DNA of 64,000 nt. Origin: Candidatus Omnitrophota bacterium (GTDB lineage Bacteria > Omnitrophota > Gorgyraeia > 2-01-FULL-45-10). The position numbers were made by a program, and so were the translations under genes. The number at the start of each line of letters is the position of its first letter. Within the stretch, counting starts at the first letter, position 1. Below are positions 39,749 through 48,723 of this stretch, one piece after another. The notes below the pieces were generated by a model. The model was not told the DNA's origin, did not search any database, and worked only from the letters and a program-made list of their open reading frames with translations. The DNA lies in the NCBI GenBank assembly GCA_028699255.1, contig JAQVUX010000003.1:82654-146653 (forward strand). The letters run 5' to 3'.

Positions 39749-40867
39749 GTGGAAAAAGTTCTGGTTACAGGAGGCGCGGGTTTTATAGGCTCTCACCTCG
39801 TAGATGAATTGGTAAGGCGCGGTTATAAGGTAAGGGTGCTGGATATATTCGATGAGCAGGTGCATCTGGGCAGGAAGCCTGACTATCTTAACAAAAAAGC
39901 GGAATATATTACGGGCGATGTCCGTAATCCTAAGGATTTAAAGAAGGCGCTGGACGGTATCGATGCCGTATACCATCTTGCCGCCCAGGTCGGCGTCGGG
40001 CAGTCGATGTACCAGATCGAAAAATACGTAAGCCATAATACCCTCGGCACCGCGATACTGATGGAGTACATCATCACAAACAGGGCGAAACTCGCTGTAC
40101 GCAAGGTGGTGGTCGCCAGTTCGATGAGCATATACGGTGAAGGAACTTACAGATGCCCGTCCTGCGGAGATTTCGAGCCGGTGGAAAGAAGTGAAAAAGA
40201 CTTGAAGAATAGGATATGGGAGTATGCGTGTCCTAAATGCGGCAAGCCTCTGGCGCCGGTGGCTACGACGGAAGAGAAGACCCTGCGCTCGAACTCGATA
40301 TACGCGATATCGAAGAAAGACCAGGAGGAGATAGTCTTAAATCTCGGCAAGGCTTACAAGCTACCGGTTGTCGCTTTGAGATTCTTCAATGTCTACGGAG
40401 CGCGGCAGTCATTGTCCAATCCGTACACTGGTGTATGCGCGATATTCCAGTCGAGAATAAAAAACGACAATCCTGTTTTGATATATGAGGATGGCCTGCA
40501 GACACGCGATTTCATAAGTGTTAAGGATATAGCCGCCGCGAATATCTTTGTAATGAATTCACCGAAGGCCGATTATCAGAATTTCAACGTCGGTAGCGGG
40601 AAGCCCATAAAGATTCGCGATATAGCGGACACCTTAAGCCGGCTTTACGGCAAAGAGCCGAAGATTATCATAAAGAATGAATACAGGATAGGCGACATCC
40701 GCCACTGCTTCGCGGATATATCGAAGATAAAGAAGATAGGCTTTGCCCCGACAGTCAATTTCGACGACGGGATGGCCGAGATGGTCGAGTGGGGCAAAAA
40801 AGCGGAGTCGGTCGACAGGGTTGGCGAAGCGGACGAGTTACTGGCGAAAATGAAATTGAAAATATAA
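39749..40867 (+). CDS. NAD-dependent epimerase/dehydratase with inserted Cys4 zinc-ribbon
   Basis: GTG start 39749 with AGGAGG RBS. TGGAGFIGSH, YAISK, and an insert CPSCG...CPKCG. Confidence 0.7.
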   Translation: MEKVLVTGGAGFIGSHLVDELVRRGYKVRVLDIFDEQVHLGRKPDYLNKKAEYITGDVRNPKDLKKALDGIDAVYHLAAQVGVGQSMYQIEKYVSHNTLGTAILMEYIITNRAKLAVRKVVVASSMSIYGEGTYRCPSCGDFEPVERSEKDLKNRIWEYACPKCGKPLAPVATTEEKTLRSNSIYAISKKDQEEIVLNLGKAYKLPVVALRFFNVYGARQSLSNPYTGVCAIFQSRIKNDNPVLIYEDGLQTRDFISVKDIAAANIFVMNSPKADYQNFNVGSGKPIKIRDIADTLSRLYGKEPKIIIKNEYRIGDIRHCFADISKIKKIGFAPTVNFDDGMAEMVEWGKKAESVDRVGEADELLAKMKLKI

Positions 40868-40878
40868 GAAGGTGCCGG

Positions 40879-41982
40879 GTGAGCGTTAAGCGTTGCGACA
40901 TAATATTACCGACGTGCGGGCAGTCCGGGGCTGTAAAAAATTGTATTCGGAGCCTGGTCAGAACTACCGGGTATCCCTATCGCCTTATAGTTATCGATAA
41001 CGGTAGCCCCGAAGAGATCAAAGGTTATCTTAAGGACATTTCAAGGGCCGGAAAGATCGACATGATCTTAATAGAGCCGGGAGAGAACCTCGGCTGGGTC
41101 AGGTCTATAAACCGGGGCCTTGAATTATCAAAGGACTCCGCATATGTCGCTTTCCAAAATGACGATACCGTATTTACAGACGGCTGGCTCGACGGGATTG
41201 TGAAAATATTCGAGAAAGACCCGAAGGTCGGAGCTGTCAATCCGGAATGGGAAAAGCCCGCGAATGCCGATATAGACGGGTACGCGATGGAGTTGAAAAA
41301 ATACGCCGGACAGGCGATAGATACGGATTGGTGTAGAGGGCATTGTTTTTTAGTTAAACGGGAGGTCCTTAACAGATTGGGCGGGTTAGAGCCTATATAC
41401 ATACCCGGCTATTTCGACGACAGGGATTATTCCCTGAAGATCATAAATGCTGGTTACAGATGCGTCAGGGCAAAGGGTATATTTGTTTATCACCTCAGGA
41501 ATATGACGGCGAGCCGCACAATGAAAGCGTCCGAGATCGCGCTCCTGATGGAGCGGAACGCGAAGGTATTTTATAAGAGATGGGGCCGGCCGTTACGGCT
41601 TATCTTTGCGCTACGGGATTATTCCGGTTCAAACGAGCTGATAAGGCATATGTGCGCGGACCAGAATAAGGTGATATTTATAATCAGGGATAAAAAACCG
41701 GTTTCGTATGAGCATAGTAATATTAAAATACTAAAATTCCCGAGGCTGTTTTTAAACATATCGGCTCTTCTGTATATCGTATCCAATAGAAGCAAAAAAG
41801 AACAGAAGAAGACAGATTTTATATTTACCGATGACAGGAGGCTTTATAATTTTCTGAATATTTTTGCCCGGCTGATACCGGCGAAATTAGTATTCGCTAA
41901 GGACATCGATTCGCTGAAGGAAGAAGTGTTCCGACTGGTAAAAGAGAAAAAGGACAAGGATAGAGATAGTATAATCCTTTAG
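40879..41982 (+). CDS. GT2 glycosyltransferase with C-terminal extension (paralogue 2 of 4)
   Basis: GTG 40879 preceded by AGAAGG. CDIILPTCGQ...IDNGS...QNDDT. Confidence 0.6.
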   Translation: MSVKRCDIILPTCGQSGAVKNCIRSLVRTTGYPYRLIVIDNGSPEEIKGYLKDISRAGKIDMILIEPGENLGWVRSINRGLELSKDSAYVAFQNDDTVFTDGWLDGIVKIFEKDPKVGAVNPEWEKPANADIDGYAMELKKYAGQAIDTDWCRGHCFLVKREVLNRLGGLEPIYIPGYFDDRDYSLKIINAGYRCVRAKGIFVYHLRNMTASRTMKASEIALLMERNAKVFYKRWGRPLRLIFALRDYSGSNELIRHMCADQNKVIFIIRDKKPVSYEHSNIKILKFPRLFLNISALLYIVSNRSKKEQKKTDFIFTDDRRLYNFLNIFARLIPAKLVFAKDIDSLKEEVFRLVKEKKDKDRDSIIL

Positions 41983-41991
41983 GAGTTAATA

Positions 41992-42822
41992 GTGCCGAAG
42001 CAAAGATTGTCCGTAGTTGTATTGACCAAGAACGAAGCGCGCAACATCGAGCGCTGTCTTGAAAGCGTCAGGTGGGCCGACGAGATAATCGTGATCGACG
42101 ACAATTCCTCCGACGCCACCACCCGGATAGCCAAGCGGTATACCGATAACGTGGTGGTGCATTCGCTTGTCGATAACTTTTCCGCTCAAAGGAACCTGGG
42201 TTCGGAAAACGCCTCCGGCGACTGGATACTGCAGATGGACGCGGATGAGCGTGTTACTGACGAGCTCAAGGCGGCGATAATGGGGATACTTGAAAATGGA
42301 ACTCCGTTTTCGGCGTTCAGATTCCGGAGGGTCAATAATTTTTGCGGCAGGTTCCTTGCGTCCGGCGGCGAGGATAAACACCGGCCTCTGCGGCTTTTCA
42401 AAAAAGGGAAAGCGGCATTTTCCGGGGACCGGATACATGAAAAGCTGACAGTAAACGGGCCGATAGGAGACATCGATGCCGCTATGGAGCATTATAATTT
42501 TCCGGATGTGAGCCACTACGTGGAGACTCAGGATTTTTACAGCACCTTGGAGGCGAGGTCGATGTACGAAAAATCGGGTTTGATACCGGAAAAGAAACTT
42601 CGCAGAGAACTTACGATCGAACCGCTTAAGTTATTTTTTAAAATATACATGAAAAAGAAAGGGTATAAAGACGGTATACATGGCCTTGTATTCGCCATGT
42701 TATCGGCCTGGAGACGATTTCTTATATACGCGAAATACTGGGAGATGAACCAGGGATCGTATAAAAATATCGCGTCATTGCGAGGAAGGAGCGAAGCGAC
42801 TGACGAAGCAATCCAAAAATAA
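41992..42822 (+). CDS. GT2 glycosyltransferase, WaaE/KdtX-like (LPS core type), paralogue 1 of 2
   Basis: GTG 41992 with AGGAG RBS. SVVVLTKNEARNIERCLESVRWADEIIVIDDNSSD...DADE. Confidence 0.7.
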   Translation: MPKQRLSVVVLTKNEARNIERCLESVRWADEIIVIDDNSSDATTRIAKRYTDNVVVHSLVDNFSAQRNLGSENASGDWILQMDADERVTDELKAAIMGILENGTPFSAFRFRRVNNFCGRFLASGGEDKHRPLRLFKKGKAAFSGDRIHEKLTVNGPIGDIDAAMEHYNFPDVSHYVETQDFYSTLEARSMYEKSGLIPEKKLRRELTIEPLKLFFKIYMKKKGYKDGIHGLVFAMLSAWRRFLIYAKYWEMNQGSYKNIASLRGRSEATDEAIQK

Positions 42823-42863
42823 GATTGCTTCGTCGGCCTTCGGCCTCCTCGCAATGACGACGA
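42773..42863 (+). repeat. Nested-hairpin repeat element, copy A (outer CGTCATTGCGAGG/CCTCGCAATGACG; inner GACGAAGCAATC/GATTGCTTCGTC)
   Basis: Read directly. Overlaps the last 16 codons and stop of the upstream gene. Ends 14 nt before the carbamoyltransferase start. Confidence 0.6.
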
Positions 42864-42877
42864 TGGAGTAGTAACGT

Positions 42878-44587
42878 ATGAATATACTTGGATTCGGAGG
42901 GCCGTTTTTCCTGCATGATCCGGCCGCGGCTATTGTGATCGACGGAAAAGTTGTCGCCGCCGCGGAAGAGGAGCGGTTCATAAGACAAAAGCACGCGGTG
43001 GGAAAACCTTGCCTGCGGTCGATAGAGTTTTGCCTTAATGAGGCCGGCATATCGGCAAAAGAGATAGACGCCGTAGCGTTCCCGTGGTCGTTTACGGCCT
43101 TTAACGCCGGGAAGTGGCCGTATGCGCTCAAGACGCTTCTTTCGGAGCCGTCGCGCGCGTATAAGGCCATAGCAAAGGCTCCGAAACTTTGCGCCGGAAC
43201 AAAAAAGAATGTCCGTGATACATTGCGCCATTTCGGTATCGAGCTTCCGCCCGAGAAGATATTTTTCGTCGAACATCACATAGCCCACGCCGCCAGCGCC
43301 TATCTATTATCCGGCTTCGAAGAAGCGGCCATAATGTCGATAGACGGATCGGGTGAGTTTACCTCGACATTATTCGCTGAAGGCAAAGACGGGAAGATAA
43401 AGAAGATAAAAGAGATATTCCTGCCGGATTCCTTAGGCAGGTTCTACTCGACCATGACGGCTTATCTCGGATTCGATCCCAACGACGGCGAATACAAGCT
43501 TATGGGCATGGCGCCGTACGGCGATCCTTCGAAGGCCGACCTCTCGGGCATTATTTTCAGCGACGGTAAAAGTTTTCACACGAATCCGGAATACGTCTGG
43601 CCGATAAGTTCGCGCAGGTATTGCAAAGACGCTATGATACCGAAGAAACTTGTGGCCAGGTTCGGCCCGCCCAGGACCGGGGACGAATTGCGCGAGCCGT
43701 ATATACATATAGCCGCCGCGACTCAGAAGATATTCGAGGATATAGTTATAACTTTAATGCACCACCACCTGGGTGACACATTGCGGAGAACGGGTAATCT
43801 CGCGTTTGCCGGAGGATGCGCGCTGAACGTATCGCTGAACCGAAAGCTCGTTACTGATCCGCTTGTTCGGAATATTTTCGTACAGCCGGCTTCACATGAC
43901 GCGGGCACACCTCTGGGCGCGGCTGTCTTTGCCGCCGCGGCTCTTGGCGACAAGATAGCGCCGATGAAGGATGTTTATCTGGGGCCCGGTTATTCGAGCG
44001 CGGAGATCGAATCCGCGTTGAAGCGTCCGGAGATATCCTGCAAGGCCTGCGCCGACATAGAGGAAAGCGTGGCTTCTCTTCTGGCCGAAGGCATGGTCGT
44101 CGGATGGTTCCAGGGCAGGATGGAGTTCGGTCCGCGCGCCCTAGGTAACAGGTCGATTCTCGGTAATCCGATGATACCGGGTACCAGCGACCGCATAAAT
44201 GAGATGGTGAAGTTCAGGGAGAAGTGGCGCCCGTTCTGCCCGTCCATATTGAGGGAACATTCCGCGGAGGTGATCGGCAGAGACATGGACGCGCCGTTCA
44301 TGACGCTGAGTTTTCACGCCGCGAAAGAGTGGAAGACGCGTATCCCGGAGGTTGTGCACGTCGACGGCACCATGAGACCGCAGACGGTGAGCCACAGCGA
44401 TAATCCAAGATTTTATAAATTGATAAAACTGTTTTTTAAAAAGACAGGTGTTCCGGTTTTGATAAACACGTCCCTGAACAGAAGGGGCGAACCTATGGTG
44501 GCCAGCCCGGAGGACGCGATAAATATGTATCTCGGTTCCGGGCTGGACCATTTGGCCATAGGAAATTATCTGGTTACAAGGAAATAG
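42878..44587 (+). CDS. Carbamoyltransferase (NodU/CmcH/TobZ family)
   Basis: 569 aa. ILGFGGPFFLHDPAAAIV N-terminus and a HypF/YrdC-like C-terminal half. Confidence 0.8.
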   Translation: MNILGFGGPFFLHDPAAAIVIDGKVVAAAEEERFIRQKHAVGKPCLRSIEFCLNEAGISAKEIDAVAFPWSFTAFNAGKWPYALKTLLSEPSRAYKAIAKAPKLCAGTKKNVRDTLRHFGIELPPEKIFFVEHHIAHAASAYLLSGFEEAAIMSIDGSGEFTSTLFAEGKDGKIKKIKEIFLPDSLGRFYSTMTAYLGFDPNDGEYKLMGMAPYGDPSKADLSGIIFSDGKSFHTNPEYVWPISSRRYCKDAMIPKKLVARFGPPRTGDELREPYIHIAAATQKIFEDIVITLMHHHLGDTLRRTGNLAFAGGCALNVSLNRKLVTDPLVRNIFVQPASHDAGTPLGAAVFAAAALGDKIAPMKDVYLGPGYSSAEIESALKRPEISCKACADIEESVASLLAEGMVVGWFQGRMEFGPRALGNRSILGNPMIPGTSDRINEMVKFREKWRPFCPSILREHSAEVIGRDMDAPFMTLSFHAAKEWKTRIPEVVHVDGTMRPQTVSHSDNPRFYKLIKLFFKKTGVPVLINTSLNRRGEPMVASPEDAINMYLGSGLDHLAIGNYLVTRK

Positions 44588-44590
44588 AGA

Positions 44591-44675
44591 TTATTCTTCG
44601 AGCGAGACGGAATTTTTATCTTCTCGACAAGCTCGAAGAATAAAAATTCCGGCGAGTCGAGAAGCACCTTCTCGC
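44591..44675 (+). promoter_or_regulatory. Interleaved perfect inverted repeats (13, 12, 9 and 6 bp) in the 5' leader of the downstream GT2 gene
   Basis: a 44591-44603 / a' 44631-44643; c 44608-44619 / c' 44640-44651; d 44620-44628 / d' 44656-44664; GAGAAG-CAC-CTTCTC at 44659-44673. RBS GAGGAG follows. Confidence 0.5.
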
Positions 44676-44691
44676 GATGAAGAGGAGATTC

Positions 44692-45708
44692 ATGAACTGC
44701 GATATCATTATACCGATTTGGAACCAGCATGCGCTTACGAAAGATTGCATAGAGTCTGTTTTTAAAAATACCAGAGGCACCGATTACAGGCTGATCCTGG
44801 TGGACAATGCCAGCGATGAAGCGACAAGGGTTTACCTGGAAGGGCTTGGCAAGGCCTGGCCGGCCGAAGTGACCGTGATCAGGAATGAAACTAACCTCGG
44901 ATTTGTAAAAGCGGTGAATAAAGGGATAGCCGTCTCGTCCGCGCCTTACATCTGCCTGCTCAATAACGATACGCTCGTTGCTAAAAATTGGCTTAAAGAG
45001 ATGATGGCAATTGCGGAGTCGGCGGAAGACATCGGCATAGTCAACCCGTCGAGTAATAACCTTGGGCAGAAGAGCGCGCAGGGCGAGCCGCTCGAATCTT
45101 ACGCCGCGCGCATTGCTAAAGACGCGGGGCAATACATAGAGCTGGGCGCCGGCATCGGTTTCTGCATGCTCATAAAACGCAAGGTGATCGAGCGTATAGG
45201 TTCTTTTGACGAAATATACGGTATGGGAAACTTCGAGGATACGGATTTTTCGAGACGGGCGGTACAGGCGGGATACAAGTGCGTGAGGGCGTGCGGGGCC
45301 TACGTCTATCACAGGGAAAATACGTCGTTCGGCAAGGTCAAAACTTTCGATGAGGATTTCAAGCGCAATCGCGAAATATTCGAATTCCGGTGGGGAAAAC
45401 CCAAAAGGCTGGCGTACATCCTCGACAAAGTGGATACCAACCTTCTGAAAAAGATGAACGGCGAGGCGATGGCGTTGGCGCGCGGCGGCAACCGGATATG
45501 GTATTTCATGAAAGAATCGATAGTTGTTCCGAAGCATTCGAACATAATAATAAAATATCTCCCGGAAGGCTGGTTTTATCCCCGGGTCATTTTCGATATT
45601 TTAAAAAAGAAAAAGAAATTCACCGAAATAATTTTAGGGAACGAGAAGGCCGGAAGGGTGCTTTCGTCGTTGAGTTTTATTCACAAAGCGAAGATAAGCT
45701 ATTACTAA
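44692..45708 (+). CDS. GT2 glycosyltransferase with C-terminal extension (paralogue 3 of 4)
   Basis: ATG 44692 after a GAGGAG RBS. CDIIIPIWNQ...VDNAS...LLNNDT. Confidence 0.7.
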   Translation: MNCDIIIPIWNQHALTKDCIESVFKNTRGTDYRLILVDNASDEATRVYLEGLGKAWPAEVTVIRNETNLGFVKAVNKGIAVSSAPYICLLNNDTLVAKNWLKEMMAIAESAEDIGIVNPSSNNLGQKSAQGEPLESYAARIAKDAGQYIELGAGIGFCMLIKRKVIERIGSFDEIYGMGNFEDTDFSRRAVQAGYKCVRACGAYVYHRENTSFGKVKTFDEDFKRNREIFEFRWGKPKRLAYILDKVDTNLLKKMNGEAMALARGGNRIWYFMKESIVVPKHSNIIIKYLPEGWFYPRVIFDILKKKKKFTEIILGNEKAGRVLSSLSFIHKAKISYY

Positions 45709-45713
45709 CTAAC

Positions 45714-45804
45714 CGTCATTGCGAGCCCCGAAAGGGCGAAGCAATCTAAAACGAGATTGCTTCGTCGCCTTACGTTCAGCAATTGGCTCCTCGCAACGAC
45801 GAGC
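45714..45804 (+). repeat. Nested-hairpin repeat element, copy B
   Basis: Same outer arms (CGTCATTGCGAG / CTCGCAACGACG) and inner arms (GCGAAGCAATC / GATTGCTTCG) as copy A. GCCC-CGAAA-GGGC tetraloop hairpin. Fully intergenic, 12 nt before the next start. Confidence 0.6.
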
Positions 45805-45815
45805 AAAGGACTATC

Positions 45816-46589
45816 ATGAGTATGGAAAAGATACCGGTTTCAGTAGTCGTTATAGCGAAGAACGAGGAAAGCAACATAGCGCCTTGCCTCAAGAGTGTTG
45901 CCTGGGCTGATGAGATTGTGGTGCTCGACGATAATAGTACCGACAAAACGGTGGAGATCGCGAAACAGTATACGGATAAAGTTTCGTCCAGAAAGATGGA
46001 TATCGAGGGCCGCCACAGGAATTACGCCTATTCTTTGGCGAAAAATAAATGGGTGCTCAGCTTGGACGCCGACGAGCGCGTAAGCCCGGAACTTGAGGCT
46101 GAATTAAGGGGCCTATTCAAATCCGAAATGAAAGACAAAGCTTATTCAATGCCGATAAAGAATTTTATCGGCGCGCGCTGGATAAGATACGGCGGCTGGT
46201 ATCCGGCTCCGAAGGTGCGGCTCTTCGACAAGGAGCATTTCAAATACGAAGAAGCGGAGGTGCACCCCCGCGTTTTTATAGATGGCTCCTGCGGCAGGCT
46301 TACGAAGGACATAATTCATTATTCCTACAAAGATTATCACGAATTCTTCCAGAGCCTGAATAACCAGACTACCCTCGAGGCGCGCAAATGGTTCAAGGAG
46401 AAACGTAAGATCAATTTCCTGAAGATGTGGCGCAAGGCTTTAAGCAGATTCCTGAAGGCCTACGTTCAGAAGAAAGGCTATAAAGACGGCCTGCTCGGTT
46501 TTACCGTTTCGTATTCCGGCGGGCTTTATCAGTTCTTGAGTTATATAAAGTATAAAGAGATGCTTGAGAATGCAGACAAAAAGATGTGA
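45816..46589 (+). CDS. GT2 glycosyltransferase, WaaE/KdtX-like, paralogue 2 of 2
   Basis: ATG 45816 with AAAGGA RBS. VSVVVIAKNEESNIAPCLKSVAWADEIVVLDDNSTD...DADE. Confidence 0.7.
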   Translation: MSMEKIPVSVVVIAKNEESNIAPCLKSVAWADEIVVLDDNSTDKTVEIAKQYTDKVSSRKMDIEGRHRNYAYSLAKNKWVLSLDADERVSPELEAELRGLFKSEMKDKAYSMPIKNFIGARWIRYGGWYPAPKVRLFDKEHFKYEEAEVHPRVFIDGSCGRLTKDIIHYSYKDYHEFFQSLNNQTTLEARKWFKEKRKINFLKMWRKALSRFLKAYVQKKGYKDGLLGFTVSYSGGLYQFLSYIKYKEMLENADKKM

Positions 46590-47628
46590 CATAATAATAC
46601 CGGTCTGGAATGCCTCCGGCGTAACAGCCGAGTGCGTGGAATCGATAATCGAACATACGCGTTATCCGTACCGGCTTATCATCATAGATAACGGCAGTGA
46701 CGAAGAGACGGCCGGATATCTGCGCGCTCTCAAAAACAGGGCCGGGCTTGATGTGGAATTGATAAGGAACGACACGAACCTCGGTTTCGTAAAGGCGGCG
46801 AACCAGGGCCTGCGTTCGTCGTCCGCGCCGTATCTGTGCCTTATGAATAACGATACCGTCGCTACGAGCGGCTGGCTCGATGAAATGATCAGTGTGGCCG
46901 GATCCAGGCCGGATATCGGCATCGTGAATCCGTCGAGCAATACCTTTGGGCAGGAGCCGGGCGCTTCCGGCGCCTCCGGCGCTGTTCAGGAGCTTTACGC
47001 GGCGCGCGGTTTTTGCATGCTTATAAAGAGCGAAGTGATAAAAAGAATAGGATTCTTCGACGAGATATTCAATATCGGTTATTTTGAAGAGACCGATTTT
47101 TCTTTCAGGGCCCAGGCCGCCGGATTCCGGGTCGTTCGCGCTAAAGGGGCGTACGTCCACCATAAAGAAAACGTCAGCTTCAGGAAGTTTAAAAATAACG
47201 ACAGGATGTTTGCCGAGAACGAAAAGATATTTTTTAGCCGCTGGCCCAGGCCGGTTAGGGTGGGTTACTTTATACGGGGCGAAAACGTTCCGGAAAAAGT
47301 GAACCGGATAGCGGAAGATTTAGCCGGCAAAGGACATCAGGTATATCTTTTTTTAAAGAGAACCGCCGATTGGCCGGCGAGGCCGGACCATATCAATATA
47401 AGAAGGGTGGATGTCGACCCTGCGTTCTTCGGTCTTGGTTCGATAGCGGCAGTTTTTAAAAGACGCAAAAAGAAAAAGATAGAGGTTATAGTTACGGACA
47501 ATGGGCCGCTCGCTAAGATATTCCTGGGCTTGAAAAGGTTACACGGGTCGGTGGTTGCGGTCAGTCCGGATGCGGGTGAACTTTTTGAAATGGTTGGAGC
47601 GATCGCGAAGGGAGGGCGTAGTGAATAA
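46570..47628 (+). CDS. GT2 glycosyltransferase with C-terminal extension (paralogue 4 of 4)
   Basis: ATG 46570. CDIIIPVWNA...IDNGS...LMNNDT. Confidence 0.7.
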   Translation: MQTKRCDIIIPVWNASGVTAECVESIIEHTRYPYRLIIIDNGSDEETAGYLRALKNRAGLDVELIRNDTNLGFVKAANQGLRSSSAPYLCLMNNDTVATSGWLDEMISVAGSRPDIGIVNPSSNTFGQEPGASGASGAVQELYAARGFCMLIKSEVIKRIGFFDEIFNIGYFEETDFSFRAQAAGFRVVRAKGAYVHHKENVSFRKFKNNDRMFAENEKIFFSRWPRPVRVGYFIRGENVPEKVNRIAEDLAGKGHQVYLFLKRTADWPARPDHINIRRVDVDPAFFGLGSIAAVFKRRKKKKIEVIVTDNGPLAKIFLGLKRLHGSVVAVSPDAGELFEMVGAIAKGGRSE

Positions 47629-48319
47629 CGAGGAATTATCGGTCGTAATGCCCGTGTATAATGAGAAAGACTTTGTTTTGAAGATCATAGGCAAAGTGCT
47701 TAAACTCGACATAGTCAAAGAACTTATAATAGTCGATGACTGCTCGAAAGACGGAACGCGCGAACTTCTTAAGAGCGCAAATTTCGATCCCAGAGTAAGG
47801 ATATATTACCACGATAAAAACTCGGGCAAAGGCGCCGCGCTACGCACCGGGTTCGGCTATACCACGAAAGATATCGTTGTGATACAGGACGCCGATCTCG
47901 AGTACGATCCTGAAGAATTTAAAGAGATGATAAAGCCGATCGCTTTAGGCGCCGCTGATGTGGTATACGGCTCGAGGCTATCAGGCGGCAGGCCGCAGAG
48001 GGTTTACATGTTCTGGCACAGGGTGGGTAATGATTTCCTATCGTTCGTAACCAATTTTATGTATAATTCCACGCTTACCGATATGGAGACCTGTTACAAG
48101 ATGTTCCGGAAGAGCGTGATAGATAAAATAAAGATACGGTCAAACGATTTTTCCGTAGAGCCGGAAATAACCGCGAAGATATTGAAAGATAAATCCTTGA
48201 GAGTCTATGAAGTACCGATAGCTTATTACGGCAGAACGTATGCCGAAGGGAAGAAGATATCGTGGAAGCACGGTTTTGGCGCGCTCTGGACGCTGTTAAA
48301 ATTCAGGTTCACGGATTGA
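47621..48319 (+). CDS. GT2 polyprenol-phosphate sugar synthase, DPM1/ArnC-like (soluble)
   Basis: GTG 47621 with GGAGGG RBS. LSVVMPVYNE...VDDCSKDGT...QDADLEYDP. Confidence 0.7.
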   Translation: MNNEELSVVMPVYNEKDFVLKIIGKVLKLDIVKELIIVDDCSKDGTRELLKSANFDPRVRIYYHDKNSGKGAALRTGFGYTTKDIVVIQDADLEYDPEEFKEMIKPIALGAADVVYGSRLSGGRPQRVYMFWHRVGNDFLSFVTNFMYNSTLTDMETCYKMFRKSVIDKIKIRSNDFSVEPEITAKILKDKSLRVYEVPIAYYGRTYAEGKKISWKHGFGALWTLLKFRFTD

Positions 48320-48723
48320 TGAAGATAAAAAGAAAAACGATATTCCTGGTGTTTTTTCTGGCCTGGGTTGTCCTGTGGGTCAATTTTACCGCGAGAGACC
48401 TCACGAAGAAGAAGTATTTTAAGGAGTACAGGACTCTGCTATCGCGTGACGCCGCCGGCAGGGCATCTTATGCGTATGATGACCGTCTCTATGAATTTTT
48501 GAAGTTTTGCGACAGCGCGTTACCGGAGGGCGCAAGTTATGATCTCGGCGGAGTCGAAGGCCTTACGATAGAATGGCGCCGCACAATATATTATCTCTAC
48601 CCGCACCTTAACGAGAAGGATGCCGATTATATACTTGTCTTCGATAACCCGGGATATACGCGGCAGGGGTATGCTGTTTTTAAAGAGCTTGATAAATCGA
48701 GGTTCATTCTTAAGAGGATATGA
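48319..48723 (+). CDS. Small single-pass membrane protein (hypothetical)
   Basis: ATG 48319 (TGATG overlap). One N-terminal TM helix. Position between the DPM1-like GT2 and the GT-C proteins suggests an accessory subunit. Confidence 0.4.
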   Translation: MKIKRKTIFLVFFLAWVVLWVNFTARDLTKKKYFKEYRTLLSRDAAGRASYAYDDRLYEFLKFCDSALPEGASYDLGGVEGLTIEWRRTIYYLYPHLNEKDADYILVFDNPGYTRQGYAVFKELDKSRFILKRI

